The notes: generated by a model not told the origin, from the sequence alone. A stretch of DNA of 64,000 bases from an uncultured Pelagibacteraceae bacterium (GCA_902517735.1 CABYDK010000001.1:2334-66333); one strand, 5' to 3'; numbered from the stretch's first letter, positions 47,829-58,003 are shown. Numbers and translations: made by a program.

Positions 47829-50699
47829 TTATGCTGCATCTTCTTTAAACTGATCCATACTAGGACAAGTACAAAAGATATTTTTATCTCCATATACATT
47901 GTCAACTCTAGCAACCGGAGGCCAAAATTTATTTGCTTTTAAAAATTTTGCTGGATAAGCAGCTTCCTCTCTCGAGTAATTATGTGTCCAATTATCAGAG
48001 GCAAGTTCACTATCGGTGTGTGGAGCATTTTTTATTGGATTATCTATTTTGTCAAATTTACCTGTTTTAATTTTTTCGATTTCTTGTTTAATCTTAATTA
48101 ATGTGTCACAAAATCTATCAAGTTCTGACAATCCTTCACTTTCAGTTGGCTCTATCATCATAGTACCAGCCACAGGCCATGACATCGTTGGTGCATGAAA
48201 TCCAAAATCTATTAATCTTTTTGCAATATCCTCCTCCGTTACTCCTGTTTCTGATTTAATATTTCTAATATCAATAATACATTCGTGTGCCACATTACCG
48301 TTTGACCCTTTATACAAAATTGGAAAGTGATCTTTTAATCTATGAGCAATATAATTAGCATTTAATATTGCAACTTGAGTAGCAAGCTTTAATCCTGAGG
48401 ATCCCATCATTTTAATGTACATCCAAGAGATTGATAGAATACTTGAACTGCCCCAAGGAGCTGCTGATACTGCTCCAATTCCAGTTGTTGGTCCACAATC
48501 TTTTATTACTGGATGATTAGGTAGATAAACTTGTAAATGTCTTTTACAGGCAATGGGTCCCATTCCAGGCCCTCCTCCACCATGAGGAATACAAAATGTT
48601 TTATGCAAATTAATATGGCAAACGTCTGGACCAAAATTTCCAGGCTTTGCAACTCCTACTAGGGCATTTAAATTTGCTCCATCCATGTAGACCTGGCCAC
48701 CATGTTTATGAACTATCTCACAAATATCTGTTATTTTTTCCTCAAATACTCCATGGGTAGATGGGTAAGTTACCATTAATGCCCCAAGGTTTTCTGAGTG
48801 TTGCTCTACTTTTTTCTTTAAATCATCAAAATCAACATTTCCATCTTTATCACAATTAACAACAACCACTTTCATTCCAACCATTTGTGCACTTGCTGGA
48901 TTAGTTCCATGTGCTGAACTTGGAATTAAACAAATATTACGATTAGGCTCTCCTCTATCTAAATGATACTTTCGGATAACCATTAATCCTGCATATTCAC
49001 CCTGAGCACCTGCATTAGGTTGTAGAGAAACACCTGAAAAACCAGTAATAGATCGCAACCAATTTTTTAGATCAGTAAATAAATCTCTAAACCCTTCCAT
49101 TTGTTCAATTGGAACAAACGGATGAGGCTCTGCGAATTCTTTCCAAGAAATTGGTATCATTTCAGCAGCAGCATTTAATTTCATTGTACATGAGCCAAGT
49201 GCTATCATCGTTCTATTTAATGCTATATCTTTATCCTCTAATCTTTTTAAATATCTAAGCATTTCAGTTTCTGAGTGGTATGAATTGAAAACTGGATGTT
49301 CTAAATATTTTGAGGTTCTTAATAAATTTTCTGGTAAATTGGGTAAACTTATTGAAGGATCTTCTTTTTTGATGGATTCTGCTGCATTAAAAATTTTTAA
49401 TAGTTGATTTACTCTATATACATTTTTTCTCTCATCAAAAGAAACAGCAAGCATTTCAGAATTCACTTTTCGTATGTTAACTTTTTGATTTAAAGCATTT
49501 TTATAAATTTGATCAGTTTTTTCTTTAGTAATAATTGTGACAGTATCAAAAAAATAATTAGAATAGAGTTCATATCCAGACTGTTTTATTTTATCAGCGA
49601 AACTTTTTGCTAATTGAGAAACTCTTTCAGAAATATTTTTAACTCCATCTGGACCATGATAAATAGCATATGCTGCTGACACAATTGCTAATAGAGCTTG
49701 GGCAGTACAAATATTACTTGTCGCTTTGTCTCTTCTGATGTGTTGTTCTCTTGTTTGTAAAGATAACCTATATGCCTTATTACCATGTCTATCAACTGAT
49801 ACACCAACAATCCTTCCTGGCATCGATCTTTTGTAATCATCTTTCGTTGCAAAAAAGGCAGCATGTGGACCTCCATATCCCATTGGAATACCAAATCGTT
49901 GGGAGCTTCCAACTGCTATGTCAGCACCTAGTTCTCTTGGTGTTTTTAATTTTGCTAAAGCTAATAGATCACAAGCTAATACAGCCTTCCCATTCTTTTT
50001 ATGAATTTTACTAATTGATTCACTTGGGTCTTTAATATCTCCTAACGTTCCAGGATATTGTAAAATTCCACAAACTAAATCTTCTTTTAATTGGTCTAAA
50101 ACTTCATCTTCTTTACCAACTAAAACTTTCAAACCCATTGGTTCAGCTCTTGTTTGAATTACATCTATAGTTTGAGGATGACAATCCTCGGATACAAAAA
50201 CTAAATTACTATCTTTTTTATTTAATCTGTTACTGAGCCCCATAGCCTCCGCTGCTGCTGTACCCTCATCTAATAAAGAAGCATTAGCAATATCCATTCC
50301 TGTAAAGTCAACAATCATCTGCTGAAAGTTCAATAACATCTCAAGTCTTCCTTGAGCTACCTCTGGCTGATAAGGAGTATATGAAGTATACCAACCTGGA
50401 TTTTCTAATATATTTCTTAAAATTACATACGGCGTATAGGTTCCATAATAGCCCATGCCAATAAAATTAGAATAAACTTGATTTTTTTTTGAAATTGCTC
50501 TTAATTTTCTTAACGCTTCATATTCTGAATTCGACTCGCCAATATTTAGTTCACCTTTAAACTTTATTTTTTCTGGAACAGTATTGTCAATTAAATCATC
50601 TAGTGATTGATAATTTAATTCTTTTAACATTTTTGATTGGTCTTCTTTAGAAGGTCCAATGTGTCTTTTTAAAAAATCTTTTTCTGAATTTGGTAACAT
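47829..50699 (-). CDS. gcvP: Glycine dehydrogenase (P protein, single chain)
   Basis: RHIGP, YTPYQPEVAQGRLE, LGSCTMK, HGTNPASA, NLHKTF.IPHGGGGPG. Confidence 0.98.
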   Translation of the reverse strand: MLPNSEKDFLKRHIGPSKEDQSKMLKELNYQSLDDLIDNTVPEKIKFKGELNIGESNSEYEALRKLRAISKKNQVYSNFIGMGYYGTYTPYVILRNILENPGWYTSYTPYQPEVAQGRLEMLLNFQQMIVDFTGMDIANASLLDEGTAAAEAMGLSNRLNKKDSNLVFVSEDCHPQTIDVIQTRAEPMGLKVLVGKEDEVLDQLKEDLVCGILQYPGTLGDIKDPSESISKIHKKNGKAVLACDLLALAKLKTPRELGADIAVGSSQRFGIPMGYGGPHAAFFATKDDYKRSMPGRIVGVSVDRHGNKAYRLSLQTREQHIRRDKATSNICTAQALLAIVSAAYAIYHGPDGVKNISERVSQLAKSFADKIKQSGYELYSNYFFDTVTIITKEKTDQIYKNALNQKVNIRKVNSEMLAVSFDERKNVYRVNQLLKIFNAAESIKKEDPSISLPNLPENLLRTSKYLEHPVFNSYHSETEMLRYLKRLEDKDIALNRTMIALGSCTMKLNAAAEMIPISWKEFAEPHPFVPIEQMEGFRDLFTDLKNWLRSITGFSGVSLQPNAGAQGEYAGLMVIRKYHLDRGEPNRNICLIPSSAHGTNPASAQMVGMKVVVVNCDKDGNVDFDDLKKKVEQHSENLGALMVTYPSTHGVFEEKITDICEIVHKHGGQVYMDGANLNALVGVAKPGNFGPDVCHINLHKTFCIPHGGGGPGMGPIACKRHLQVYLPNHPVIKDCGPTTGIGAVSAAPWGSSSILSISWMYIKMMGSSGLKLATQVAILNANYIAHRLKDHFPILYKGSNGNVAHECIIDIRNIKSETGVTEEDIAKRLIDFGFHAPTMSWPVAGTMMIEPTESEGLSELDRFCDTLIKIKQEIEKIKTGKFDKIDNPIKNAPHTDSELASDNWTHNYSREEAAYPAKFLKANKFWPPVARVDNVYGDKNIFCTCPSMDQFKEDAA

Positions 50700-51079
50700 T
50701 ATACTGATGTCTCCTTAGCAAACTTATCGTAATCGTCTTTATTCATCAAAGTATCCATTTCTGATGGATCTTTCATTTTAAGTTTAAAAAACCATGCTGA
50801 GTTTTCTGGATCTTGATTGATTTTTGATGGATCATCTACAATGGCTTGATTTGTATCAACTACTTCACCACTTACAGGAGTATAAACATCACTAGCAGCT
50901 TTGGTTGACTCTACAACTCCAGCTGTTCCATCTTTTTCTACATTAGAACCTTTTTCTGGAAGTTCTGCAAAAACTATATCACCTAACATCTCTGTTGCAT
51001 GTTTTGTGATACCAATTATTGCAACATCTCCATCTAACTTAATCCACTCATGCTCTTTTGAATATTTTACTTCACTCAT
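50699..51079 (-). CDS. gcvH: Glycine cleavage H protein
   Basis: [23 protein letters not shown] lipoyl Lys. Confidence 0.97.
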   Translation of the reverse strand: MSEVKYSKEHEWIKLDGDVAIIGITKHATEMLGDIVFAELPEKGSNVEKDGTAGVVESTKAASDVYTPVSGEVVDTNQAIVDDPSKINQDPENSAWFFKLKMKDPSEMDTLMNKDDYDKFAKETSV

Positions 51080-52182
51080 TAATATACTCCTTTCACATAA
51101 CTTTTTTTATAAAATGGCAAACCACAAATACTTGCTGGATATTTTTTACCCCTTACTTCTAATAATATTTTAGTATTTTTTTTTGAAAATTCATTTTCTA
51201 CATAACCCATTGCTACAGGTCCATTTACACTTGGTCCAAATGTTCCACTAGTAATTTCTCCAATATGAACATCTAAATGATTAAATATCTTTGTTTTTTC
51301 TCTAGCAATTATTCTTCCCTCAGGTTTAATTCCAACTCTTATTTTACTTACACCATTGTTTAATTGTTTAATGATTATGTCTGAGCCTATAAAATCTCCC
51401 TTGGATATTCTTTCTTTTGAAATTGCCCACTTTAAATTTGCTTCCACTGGAGTTTTGTCTTTATCAAGATCATGACCATATAAACATAAACCAGCTTCCA
51501 GTCTTAAAGTATCCCTTGCTCCTAAACCTATTAACTTGGATCCTTTGTTAATTAATTCTCTAGTAAATTTATCTACAAAATCATTCGGGATAGATATCTC
51601 GAAACCATCTTCACCTGTATACCCAGATCGCGTAATATAAATTTTCTGCTTTTCAAATGAAAACCAGTTTCCTGTCATAAAATTTAGATCTTTTACACCA
51701 TCAACAAGTTCGTTTAGGATTTCTGATGATTTAGGACCCTGGATTGCAATTAAAGATCTATTTTCATCCAATACCATTTTGTACTTTTCATTTAATAATT
51801 CCTTTAAAATTTTAAAGTCATTGTCTTTGCATGCTGCATTAAGAATGATTAAAAAACCTTCATTAATTTTTGTAATGATTAAATCATCCTGAATCCCAGC
51901 ATCTTTATCCATTAAGAAGCTGTATTTTGAATGATTTAGTCTTAAATTTTTCAAATCTAATGGAAAGATTTTTTCTAAATCTTTGATTAATTCCCCACCA
52001 CCATAAACAAATAATTGACCCATATGTGAAACATCAAAAATACCAGAGTGATTTCTTGTGAATTTATGCTCTTCTACAATACCTTCGGAATATTGAATTG
52101 GCATATGATAACCTGCAAATTCCACAAATTTTGCATTACAATCTTGATGTAATTGGTACAGCGATGTTTTTTTTGTTTCCAT
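51079..52182 (-). CDS. gcvT: Glycine cleavage aminomethyltransferase T
   Basis: [46 protein letters not shown] at 52182 preferred over the GTG inside the riboswitch. Confidence 0.97.
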   Translation of the reverse strand: METKKTSLYQLHQDCNAKFVEFAGYHMPIQYSEGIVEEHKFTRNHSGIFDVSHMGQLFVYGGGELIKDLEKIFPLDLKNLRLNHSKYSFLMDKDAGIQDDLIITKINEGFLIILNAACKDNDFKILKELLNEKYKMVLDENRSLIAIQGPKSSEILNELVDGVKDLNFMTGNWFSFEKQKIYITRSGYTGEDGFEISIPNDFVDKFTRELINKGSKLIGLGARDTLRLEAGLCLYGHDLDKDKTPVEANLKWAISKERISKGDFIGSDIIIKQLNNGVSKIRVGIKPEGRIIAREKTKIFNHLDVHIGEITSGTFGPSVNGPVAMGYVENEFSKKNTKILLEVRGKKYPASICGLPFYKKSYVKGVY

Positions 52183-52194
52183 ATTAACTCTTTG

Positions 52195-52345
52195 CACCCA
52201 TCTGTATATTTGCCTGAGAGTTTTGCTCCTTCGGCGAGAATTAAATCTCTTTCCAGAGTTAATATGTTACGGTCCTTTTTGCCTGAGAGATTCCTGGGTG
52301 GTTGCTCCTTCGGCGCTACGATAAACTGTAGTCTCTCCCGTAAAG
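52195..52345 (-). ncRNA. Tandem glycine riboswitch (two aptamers)
   Basis: Minus strand aptamer 1: TACGGGAGAGA..CGCCGAAGGAGCAA..CTCTCAGGCAAAAAGGACCGTA. Aptamer 2: CTCTGGAAAGAG..CGCCGAAGGAGCAAAACTCTCAGGCAA..ACAGATGGG. Directly upstream of gcvT. Confidence 0.97.
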
Positions 52346-52372
52346 CAATAGTCCTACAAGTGACCTAAAATG

Positions 52373-53251
52373 TCAATTGGAAACAGTTATCTTTGTCTTT
52401 TTTAAAAGTGTGTAAAACTGTAGTAAAACAGCAAAAAGAATTATTGCTCCTCCTATTAATCCGAATAATGAAGGTCTTTCACTTACAAAAAGAAAAGCCC
52501 AAATTGGCCCAAGTACAGATTCGGATAGCATAATTATTCCAACCGTAGCAGAAGTAGTTGTTCTTGCTCCAATTGTAATAAATATAAAACCAAAACCAAC
52601 TTGAAAAAAACCAGCTAGAAAACCTAAAAAAATATCATGAGGGGATATCATTAATTTAGTTGAGAGCAAAAACCCAACTACACATGAACATACTCCAGCT
52701 ACAAATTGAGCTGGAACCATATCTACAGTCGGATATTTTCTTATTATTATAATCAAAATTGCAAAAACTATTGGCATTGAAAATGCTGCTAGGTTTCCAG
52801 ATAACTCACCTGGTGTGAGTGAATTTCCAACCATCAATAAAACGCCTATCATTGCTAAAATAATTGAAGTTAAAGTTGTAGTGCTTATTTTTTCTTTTAA
52901 AAAAAAATACCCAAATACTGAAAGAAATAGTATTTGAAGTGAAATGATAAAATTAGTATTTGCAACTGTCGTATTATACATTGCAAAAACATAACCACAG
53001 AAACCAATAGATAGTATTATTCCACCAAAAAATCCTGGTAAACCTGAAACGTAGAATGATTTCAAAGTTTTTCCTTTATAGCTAATAATTAAAAAAGCTA
53101 GAATAGTAAGAGAAAAAAATAAAGATCTCCAAAATAAAATTTGCCATAAGGTTGCACCCTCAAATGATTTAACAAGTAATCCACCAAAACTTAAACTTAA
53201 AGCTCCTAAAAATATTAATAATGGGCCAGGTAAGTTTCTTATAAAAGTCAT
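52373..53251 (-). CDS. DMT/EamA family transporter
   Basis: About 10 TM, WQILFWRS, LSESVLGPIWA..ERP. Coupled to the pxpC stop. Confidence 0.88.
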   Translation of the reverse strand: MTFIRNLPGPLLIFLGALSLSFGGLLVKSFEGATLWQILFWRSLFFSLTILAFLIISYKGKTLKSFYVSGLPGFFGGIILSIGFCGYVFAMYNTTVANTNFIISLQILFLSVFGYFFLKEKISTTTLTSIILAMIGVLLMVGNSLTPGELSGNLAAFSMPIVFAILIIIIRKYPTVDMVPAQFVAGVCSCVVGFLLSTKLMISPHDIFLGFLAGFFQVGFGFIFITIGARTTTSATVGIIMLSESVLGPIWAFLFVSERPSLFGLIGGAIILFAVLLQFYTLLKKTKITVSN

Positions 53252-54195
53252 TATATTTGTGAAATTAGGTTTTGAGTTTCCATTTCATACAACTTAAATA
53301 AAGTTTCTGCATCAGATAAATTTATTTCCTGAAATTTTACTTTAGAACCTGGTGATAATTGAACCAATTTGTCATAATCAGCACTGATAACTACAGCTAT
53401 CTTTGGATAACCCCCTATTGTTCCGTGGTCAGAAAGCATAATTATAGGATTACCATCAGCAGGAATTTGAATTATACCTTTTAATAAACCTTCAGATTTA
53501 ATATTTGTATCAATAATATTTTCAATCTTCGGGCCTTCTAATCTCATACCCATTCTGTCGGATAGTTTTGAAACTATAAACTCCTTTTCAAAAAATATTT
53601 TTTTTCCTTTATCAGAAAAATAATCATAATTAGTACCCTTAATTACTCTTATCTTTTCAATTTTTGAATTAAGATAATTTAGTTTTTTTTTTGAAAAATC
53701 TTTGCTTATTTTTTTAATTTGAATTTTCTGACCATCTAAAATTTTTTTTCCATCGTTAGATCCAATTTTAGCTTTTGTATTTATAGAACAGCTTTTCCAT
53801 TGAAGCTCTAAATCAATCTGTGCACCGATTGCGAAATAACCATAAACAGATTTATTAGTTGATAAAAGATCTATTTCATCTCCATTTTCTAATAAATAGG
53901 TTTCATAACAATTTCCTTCAAATACTTTATGGTTTTTTTTTAATCTAAAATTTACATCTCCAGTTATAGCTATATTTATTCTATCTCCATGATACTTAAG
54001 TAAAGGTCCTTGGTAGGCAAATTCTATAACTGGAGAATTTAAATCATTTTTTACTAATTTATTAGATAATAAATAATTTCTATTATCCATTGCACCGCTA
54101 AAAGGTATTCCAATGTGATATAAATTTTCTCTTCCTAAGTCTTGAAAGGTAGTATTTATGCCTGCTCTAATTATTTTGAAATAATTTTTACTCAT
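53251..54195 (-). CDS. pxpC: 5-oxoprolinase subunit C (AHS2/KipA family)
   Basis: TTFQDLGR, GIP.SGAMD, SDRMGMRL, G.IQ.P.DG.PII.L.D..TIGGYPK. Confidence 0.88.
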   Translation of the reverse strand: MSKNYFKIIRAGINTTFQDLGRENLYHIGIPFSGAMDNRNYLLSNKLVKNDLNSPVIEFAYQGPLLKYHGDRINIAITGDVNFRLKKNHKVFEGNCYETYLLENGDEIDLLSTNKSVYGYFAIGAQIDLELQWKSCSINTKAKIGSNDGKKILDGQKIQIKKISKDFSKKKLNYLNSKIEKIRVIKGTNYDYFSDKGKKIFFEKEFIVSKLSDRMGMRLEGPKIENIIDTNIKSEGLLKGIIQIPADGNPIIMLSDHGTIGGYPKIAVVISADYDKLVQLSPGSKVKFQEINLSDAETLFKLYEMETQNLISQI

Positions 54196-54862
54196 TATAT
54201 TTTTTATATTGTTCAATATTTATTTTTTTGAAAACTACAGTATCTCCAGGATTTATTAAATTTGGTTTTTTTTCTTTTTTACTATTAAAAATTTCAAGGG
54301 GTGAATTGCCAATAATGTTCCAACCTCCTGGACTTTCAAAAGTATAAATATTTGCAAATTGTTCTGTTAACCCAACTGATCCCTTTGGAACTTTTACTCT
54401 AGGTGTTTCCAATCTTTTTGCTCTCATCTTATCATCGAGGTCACCAAGAAAGGGCATACCAGCTATAAACCCTGTCATGTAACAAAAGTATTCTTTTGCA
54501 AAAAAATTATCAAAAATTTTATCTCGATTTAAATTTAGTTTTTTTTCTAATCTTTCTATATCTAAGGAAAGCGATTTATCACAACAAACTGGTATCTCTA
54601 TTTTATTTGATGATAAATTTTCTTTTTGATCGATTGTAATATTTTCAATAATTTTTTTAATGTTCTTATAATTTGTTCTTTTTAAATCGTAGGATATAAT
54701 TAATTTATTATAAGACGGTGTTAAGTTATTAATTCCATCAATTTTTTTTAGTTTTAATGTTTTAAAATACCTAATAACTAAAGAATTAATTTCTTTATTA
54801 ACTTCATTACCAAAATCACAATATAGAGCTGCGTCACCAAGATTTGATATATTTTTTAACAT
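54188..54862 (-). CDS. pxpB: 5-oxoprolinase subunit B (AHS1/KipI family)
   Basis: LGDAAL, PSYN, GFIAG.PFLG, R.ETPR.KVP.GSVG, SPGGWNIIG. Confidence 0.9.
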   Translation of the reverse strand: MLKNISNLGDAALYCDFGNEVNKEINSLVIRYFKTLKLKKIDGINNLTPSYNKLIISYDLKRTNYKNIKKIIENITIDQKENLSSNKIEIPVCCDKSLSLDIERLEKKLNLNRDKIFDNFFAKEYFCYMTGFIAGMPFLGDLDDKMRAKRLETPRVKVPKGSVGLTEQFANIYTFESPGGWNIIGNSPLEIFNSKKEKKPNLINPGDTVVFKKINIEQYKKYNE

Positions 54863-54866
54863 GCCA

Positions 54867-54875
54867 TGTTATACT
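54867..54875 (+). promoter_or_regulatory. Extended -10 element (TGnTATACT) 8 bp before the pxpA ATG
   Basis: TGTTATACT in the 21-bp gap between the divergent pxpB and pxpA starts, with no SD present. Confidence 0.4.
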
Positions 54876-54883
54876 TACAATTT

Positions 54884-55669
54884 ATGACTATTGAAATTAA
54901 TATAAATTGCGATTTAGGTGAAAAATCTAAATATCATTCTAATAAACATGATCCTGATTTACTTGAAATAGTAAATTCAGCAAATGTTGCTTGTGGTTTT
55001 CATGCTGGAGATGATGAGTCTATGAATCAGGTAATTAAAATATCAAAAAAAAATAATGTTAGTATTGGTGCTCACCCCTCTTTTAATGATCCTGAAAATT
55101 TTGGAAGAAAAAGGATGAATCTTTCTTCAGGTGAAATTAGAAAATTAATAATTAATCAATATGAAATTCTACAAAAAATTGCAAGCAAACATGGACAGGT
55201 GGTCACTCATATTAAACCACATGGTGCCTTAAATAATATGGCTTGCGAAGATATTGAATTGTCAACTACTTTGGCAAAAGTTATTAATGAGATAGGTAAA
55301 GATTTAATCTATCTAGTGCCAACCGGTTCAAAAATGGAGAAGGCAGCAAAAAAACTGGATATGAAAATAGCATGTGAAATTTTTGCAGATAGAAACTATG
55401 AAGATGATGGAAATTTAGTTTCTAGAAAAAAAAGTCACGCATTAATAACTGATCCTGAACAGGCAAAAAAACATGTATTGAGTATGGTCAAAAATCAGGC
55501 TCTCAATTGTCACAGTGGTAAGCAAATACCTTGCGAAATAGACTCGGTATGCATACATGGGGATAATGAAAGTTCATTAGCAACTGCAAAATCAATAAGA
55601 AACAACTTGCAAGATAATGGTCTTAAACTAGTAGCTTTAAACAAAATGGAGAAATTTAAAAATGATTAA
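54884..55669 (+). CDS. pxpA: 5-oxoprolinase subunit A (LamB/YcsF)
   Basis: INCDLGE, SANVACGFHAGD, GAHPS..D..NFGR, HIKPHGAL, E.FADR.Y, C.HGD. Confidence 0.95.
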   Translation: MTIEININCDLGEKSKYHSNKHDPDLLEIVNSANVACGFHAGDDESMNQVIKISKKNNVSIGAHPSFNDPENFGRKRMNLSSGEIRKLIINQYEILQKIASKHGQVVTHIKPHGALNNMACEDIELSTTLAKVINEIGKDLIYLVPTGSKMEKAAKKLDMKIACEIFADRNYEDDGNLVSRKKSHALITDPEQAKKHVLSMVKNQALNCHSGKQIPCEIDSVCIHGDNESSLATAKSIRNNLQDNGLKLVALNKMEKFKND

Positions 55670-56159
55670 AAGTTTTTTTTTAGCATCAATTATTTACATA
55701 TTTTTAATAACTAGTAGTTTTTCAGCTGGTTCTAGCTCATCAGGTGGAGATGAGGGGTCAATGAAATCTAATTATGAAAAAGCTGTCTCATACATTAAAA
55801 GCGCAAAAAAACTCGAAAAAAAAGGAAAATTAGAGAAAGCAAATAAAAAATATGAAAAAGCACAAAAACTTCTCTTAAAATCTAACAAAAAAAATCCAAG
55901 TAAACCTGATACACTTAATTATCTTGGTTTTACTACTAGAAAACTAGGGGATTTTGAAAATGGTGAAAAATATTACTTACAAGGTCTAGCTATCAATCCA
56001 ACTCACATTGGAATTAATGAATATTTAGGAGAATTGTATGTGGTGACTGGTAGACATAATCTTGCAGTAGGAAGACTAGAGGTATTAAAAAATTGTAATT
56101 GTAAAGAATATGATGAATTAAAAGCAATAATAGCTGGAGAAAAAGTTTCTAAATACTAG
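55662..56159 (+). CDS. Exported TPR-repeat protein
   Basis: Signal peptide, Ser/Gly linker, TPR-like DTLNYLGF..RKLG and EYLGELY. Confidence 0.85.
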   Translation: MIKSFFLASIIYIFLITSSFSAGSSSSGGDEGSMKSNYEKAVSYIKSAKKLEKKGKLEKANKKYEKAQKLLLKSNKKNPSKPDTLNYLGFTTRKLGDFENGEKYYLQGLAINPTHIGINEYLGELYVVTGRHNLAVGRLEVLKNCNCKEYDELKAIIAGEKVSKY

Positions 56160-57466
56160 TTTAAGTTTTTAACCATTTGCTCTGGCATCCACAAAGCAAT
56201 TTCAGGAAAAATTACTACTAAAATTACTGCCAAAACCATTAGTAAAAATAATGGAAAAGCACTTTTTGCAATATAACCCATATCTTTATTTGCCATGCCT
56301 TGCAGAACAAATAAATTAAATCCTACAGGAGGTGTTATTTGAGCCATCTCAACTACAATAACTAAAAAGATACCAAACCAAATCATATCAAATCCTGCTT
56401 GTCTGATCATTGGTTCAATTATTGCCATTGTTAATACAACAGCAGATATTCCATCTAGAAACATTCCTAGTATTATGTAAAAAATCGTTAAAACTATAAT
56501 CAGAACATAAGGTGATAGATCCATATTTTGTATCCATATTGCTAAATTTCTTGGTAATCCTGTAAATCCCATCGCCAAAGATAAAAAAGTAGAGCCTGCT
56601 AATATAAATGCAATCATACAAGAAGTTTTTGTTGCACCTAGTAAAGATGATCTAAACGTTTCCAGATTTAAACTTTTTTGGAAATAAGACAAAATTAAAG
56701 CTCCTACAACACCTAATGAAGCTGCCTCAGTGGCAGTTGCGACTCCGGTATATATAGAGCCTATAACAGCAGAAATTAATAATATTATTGGCAAAAGTTG
56801 TCTTGATCTTTTTATTTTCTCTAAAAATGAATACTCCTCAATAATTTTCGGCATTTCTTTTTTATGAATTAATGACCAAATAATTACATAAGACATAAAA
56901 ATTAAAGCAATCATTATTCCTGGGATGATTCCTGCAATAAATAATTTAGCTATAGACTCTTGAACGGCAACTCCATAAATAATTAAGATAATTGATGGAG
57001 GTATCAATAAACCTAGAGTTCCAGACCCTGCCAAGCTTCCTAACAATATCTTTTCTGGGTAATTTCTTTTTCTCAACTCAGGAATAGACATCTTTCCAAC
57101 TGTTGCAACAGTTGCAGCTGATGAACCAGATATAGCGGCAAACAAAGCGCATCCTACAACATTAACATGAATTAAGCCCCCAGGTAGTTTTTGCATCCAA
57201 GGAGATAAACCTTTAAATAGATTTTCAGAAAGTTTAGTTCTAAATAATATTTCACCCATCCAAACAAATAAAGGTAAAGCTGTTAAAGTCCATGATGAAG
57301 ATGTGCCCCATATAGTGGTTGCCATTGCATCACCTACTGGTCTAGAAGTAAATAACATCATCCCAATAGCAGATACTCCTATCATACTCAGTGCAACCCA
57401 TATGCCAGAGCCTAAAAAAAATAATAAAACACTAATAAAAAAGATTGTTAAAAAAATTTCAGCCAT
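56156..57466 (-). CDS. dctM: TRAP transporter large permease
   Basis: ALPLF, FAAISGSS.AT, GTLG.LIPPS, ITPPVG.NLFV. Confidence 0.95.
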   Translation of the reverse strand: MAEIFLTIFFISVLLFFLGSGIWVALSMIGVSAIGMMLFTSRPVGDAMATTIWGTSSSWTLTALPLFVWMGEILFRTKLSENLFKGLSPWMQKLPGGLIHVNVVGCALFAAISGSSAATVATVGKMSIPELRKRNYPEKILLGSLAGSGTLGLLIPPSIILIIYGVAVQESIAKLFIAGIIPGIMIALIFMSYVIIWSLIHKKEMPKIIEEYSFLEKIKRSRQLLPIILLISAVIGSIYTGVATATEAASLGVVGALILSYFQKSLNLETFRSSLLGATKTSCMIAFILAGSTFLSLAMGFTGLPRNLAIWIQNMDLSPYVLIIVLTIFYIILGMFLDGISAVVLTMAIIEPMIRQAGFDMIWFGIFLVIVVEMAQITPPVGFNLFVLQGMANKDMGYIAKSAFPLFLLMVLAVILVVIFPEIALWMPEQMVKNLN

Positions 57467-57949
57467 TTAATTTTTTTTTATGTTCAAAATAAATTGATGA
57501 AGAACACTTATAAAAAATATTGTTGATCCAATTGCTACACTGGTTTGAGGTATCCATATTAAAATTTCATCGGCGCCCTCACTTCTCTCTTGAAATTTAT
57601 ACGATATAATAAGCATTTTAATAAAATAGAATGTTAAGTATCCTGAAAAAAAACTTGCTATGCTTAAGCACCATATTTCAATTAAGCGTCTTTTATCAGC
57701 TGAGAATTTTTCTAAAAAAAGAGTAATCCGTATATGACCGCCTTCAACAAAAGTATATGCCAAACCAAAAAAAGATGCTGCTGCCATACAGTATCCTGAG
57801 TATTCTGCTAATCCTCTGATATAAAAACCAAATATTCTAGATGAAATACCTGTAAGAATAAATAATGCAACTAATATTAAAAAGGTTGCAGCTATATAGC
57901 CTGAAAATTTATAAAGTTTATTTAAAGCTTTATCTAAAAATCTAAACAT
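57467..57949 (-). CDS. dctQ: TRAP transporter small permease
   Basis: 4 TM, GGHIRITL. ATG at 57949 preferred because the GTG at 57964 lies in the hairpin. Confidence 0.9.
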   Translation of the reverse strand: MFRFLDKALNKLYKFSGYIAATFLILVALFILTGISSRIFGFYIRGLAEYSGYCMAAASFFGLAYTFVEGGHIRITLFLEKFSADKRRLIEIWCLSIASFFSGYLTFYFIKMLIISYKFQERSEGADEILIWIPQTSVAIGSTIFFISVLHQFILNIKKN

Positions 57950-57957
57950 AATTATTA

Positions 57958-57984
57958 AGGCCACTTATATTTATTAAGTGGCCT
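57958..57984 (-). terminator. Stem-loop between dctP and dctQ (attenuating or mRNA-stabilising)
   Basis: AGGCCACTTA-N7-TAAGTGGCCT perfect 10-bp stem right after the SBP gene. Confidence 0.65.
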
Positions 57985-58003
57985 CAAGATAGATTAAATT
58001 AAA

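Noticed and set aside
47851-47856. TGATCC resembling the Rhodobacter sigmaE -35 just upstream of the ufaD-like gene
   Set aside because: It is on the plus strand, opposite to the genes, and lies inside gcvP codons.
53251-54862. Allophanate hydrolase or urea carboxylase call for the AHS1/AHS2 genes
   Set aside because: The adjacent LamB/YcsF (pxpA) and the absence of biotin carboxylase genes favour 5-oxoprolinase.
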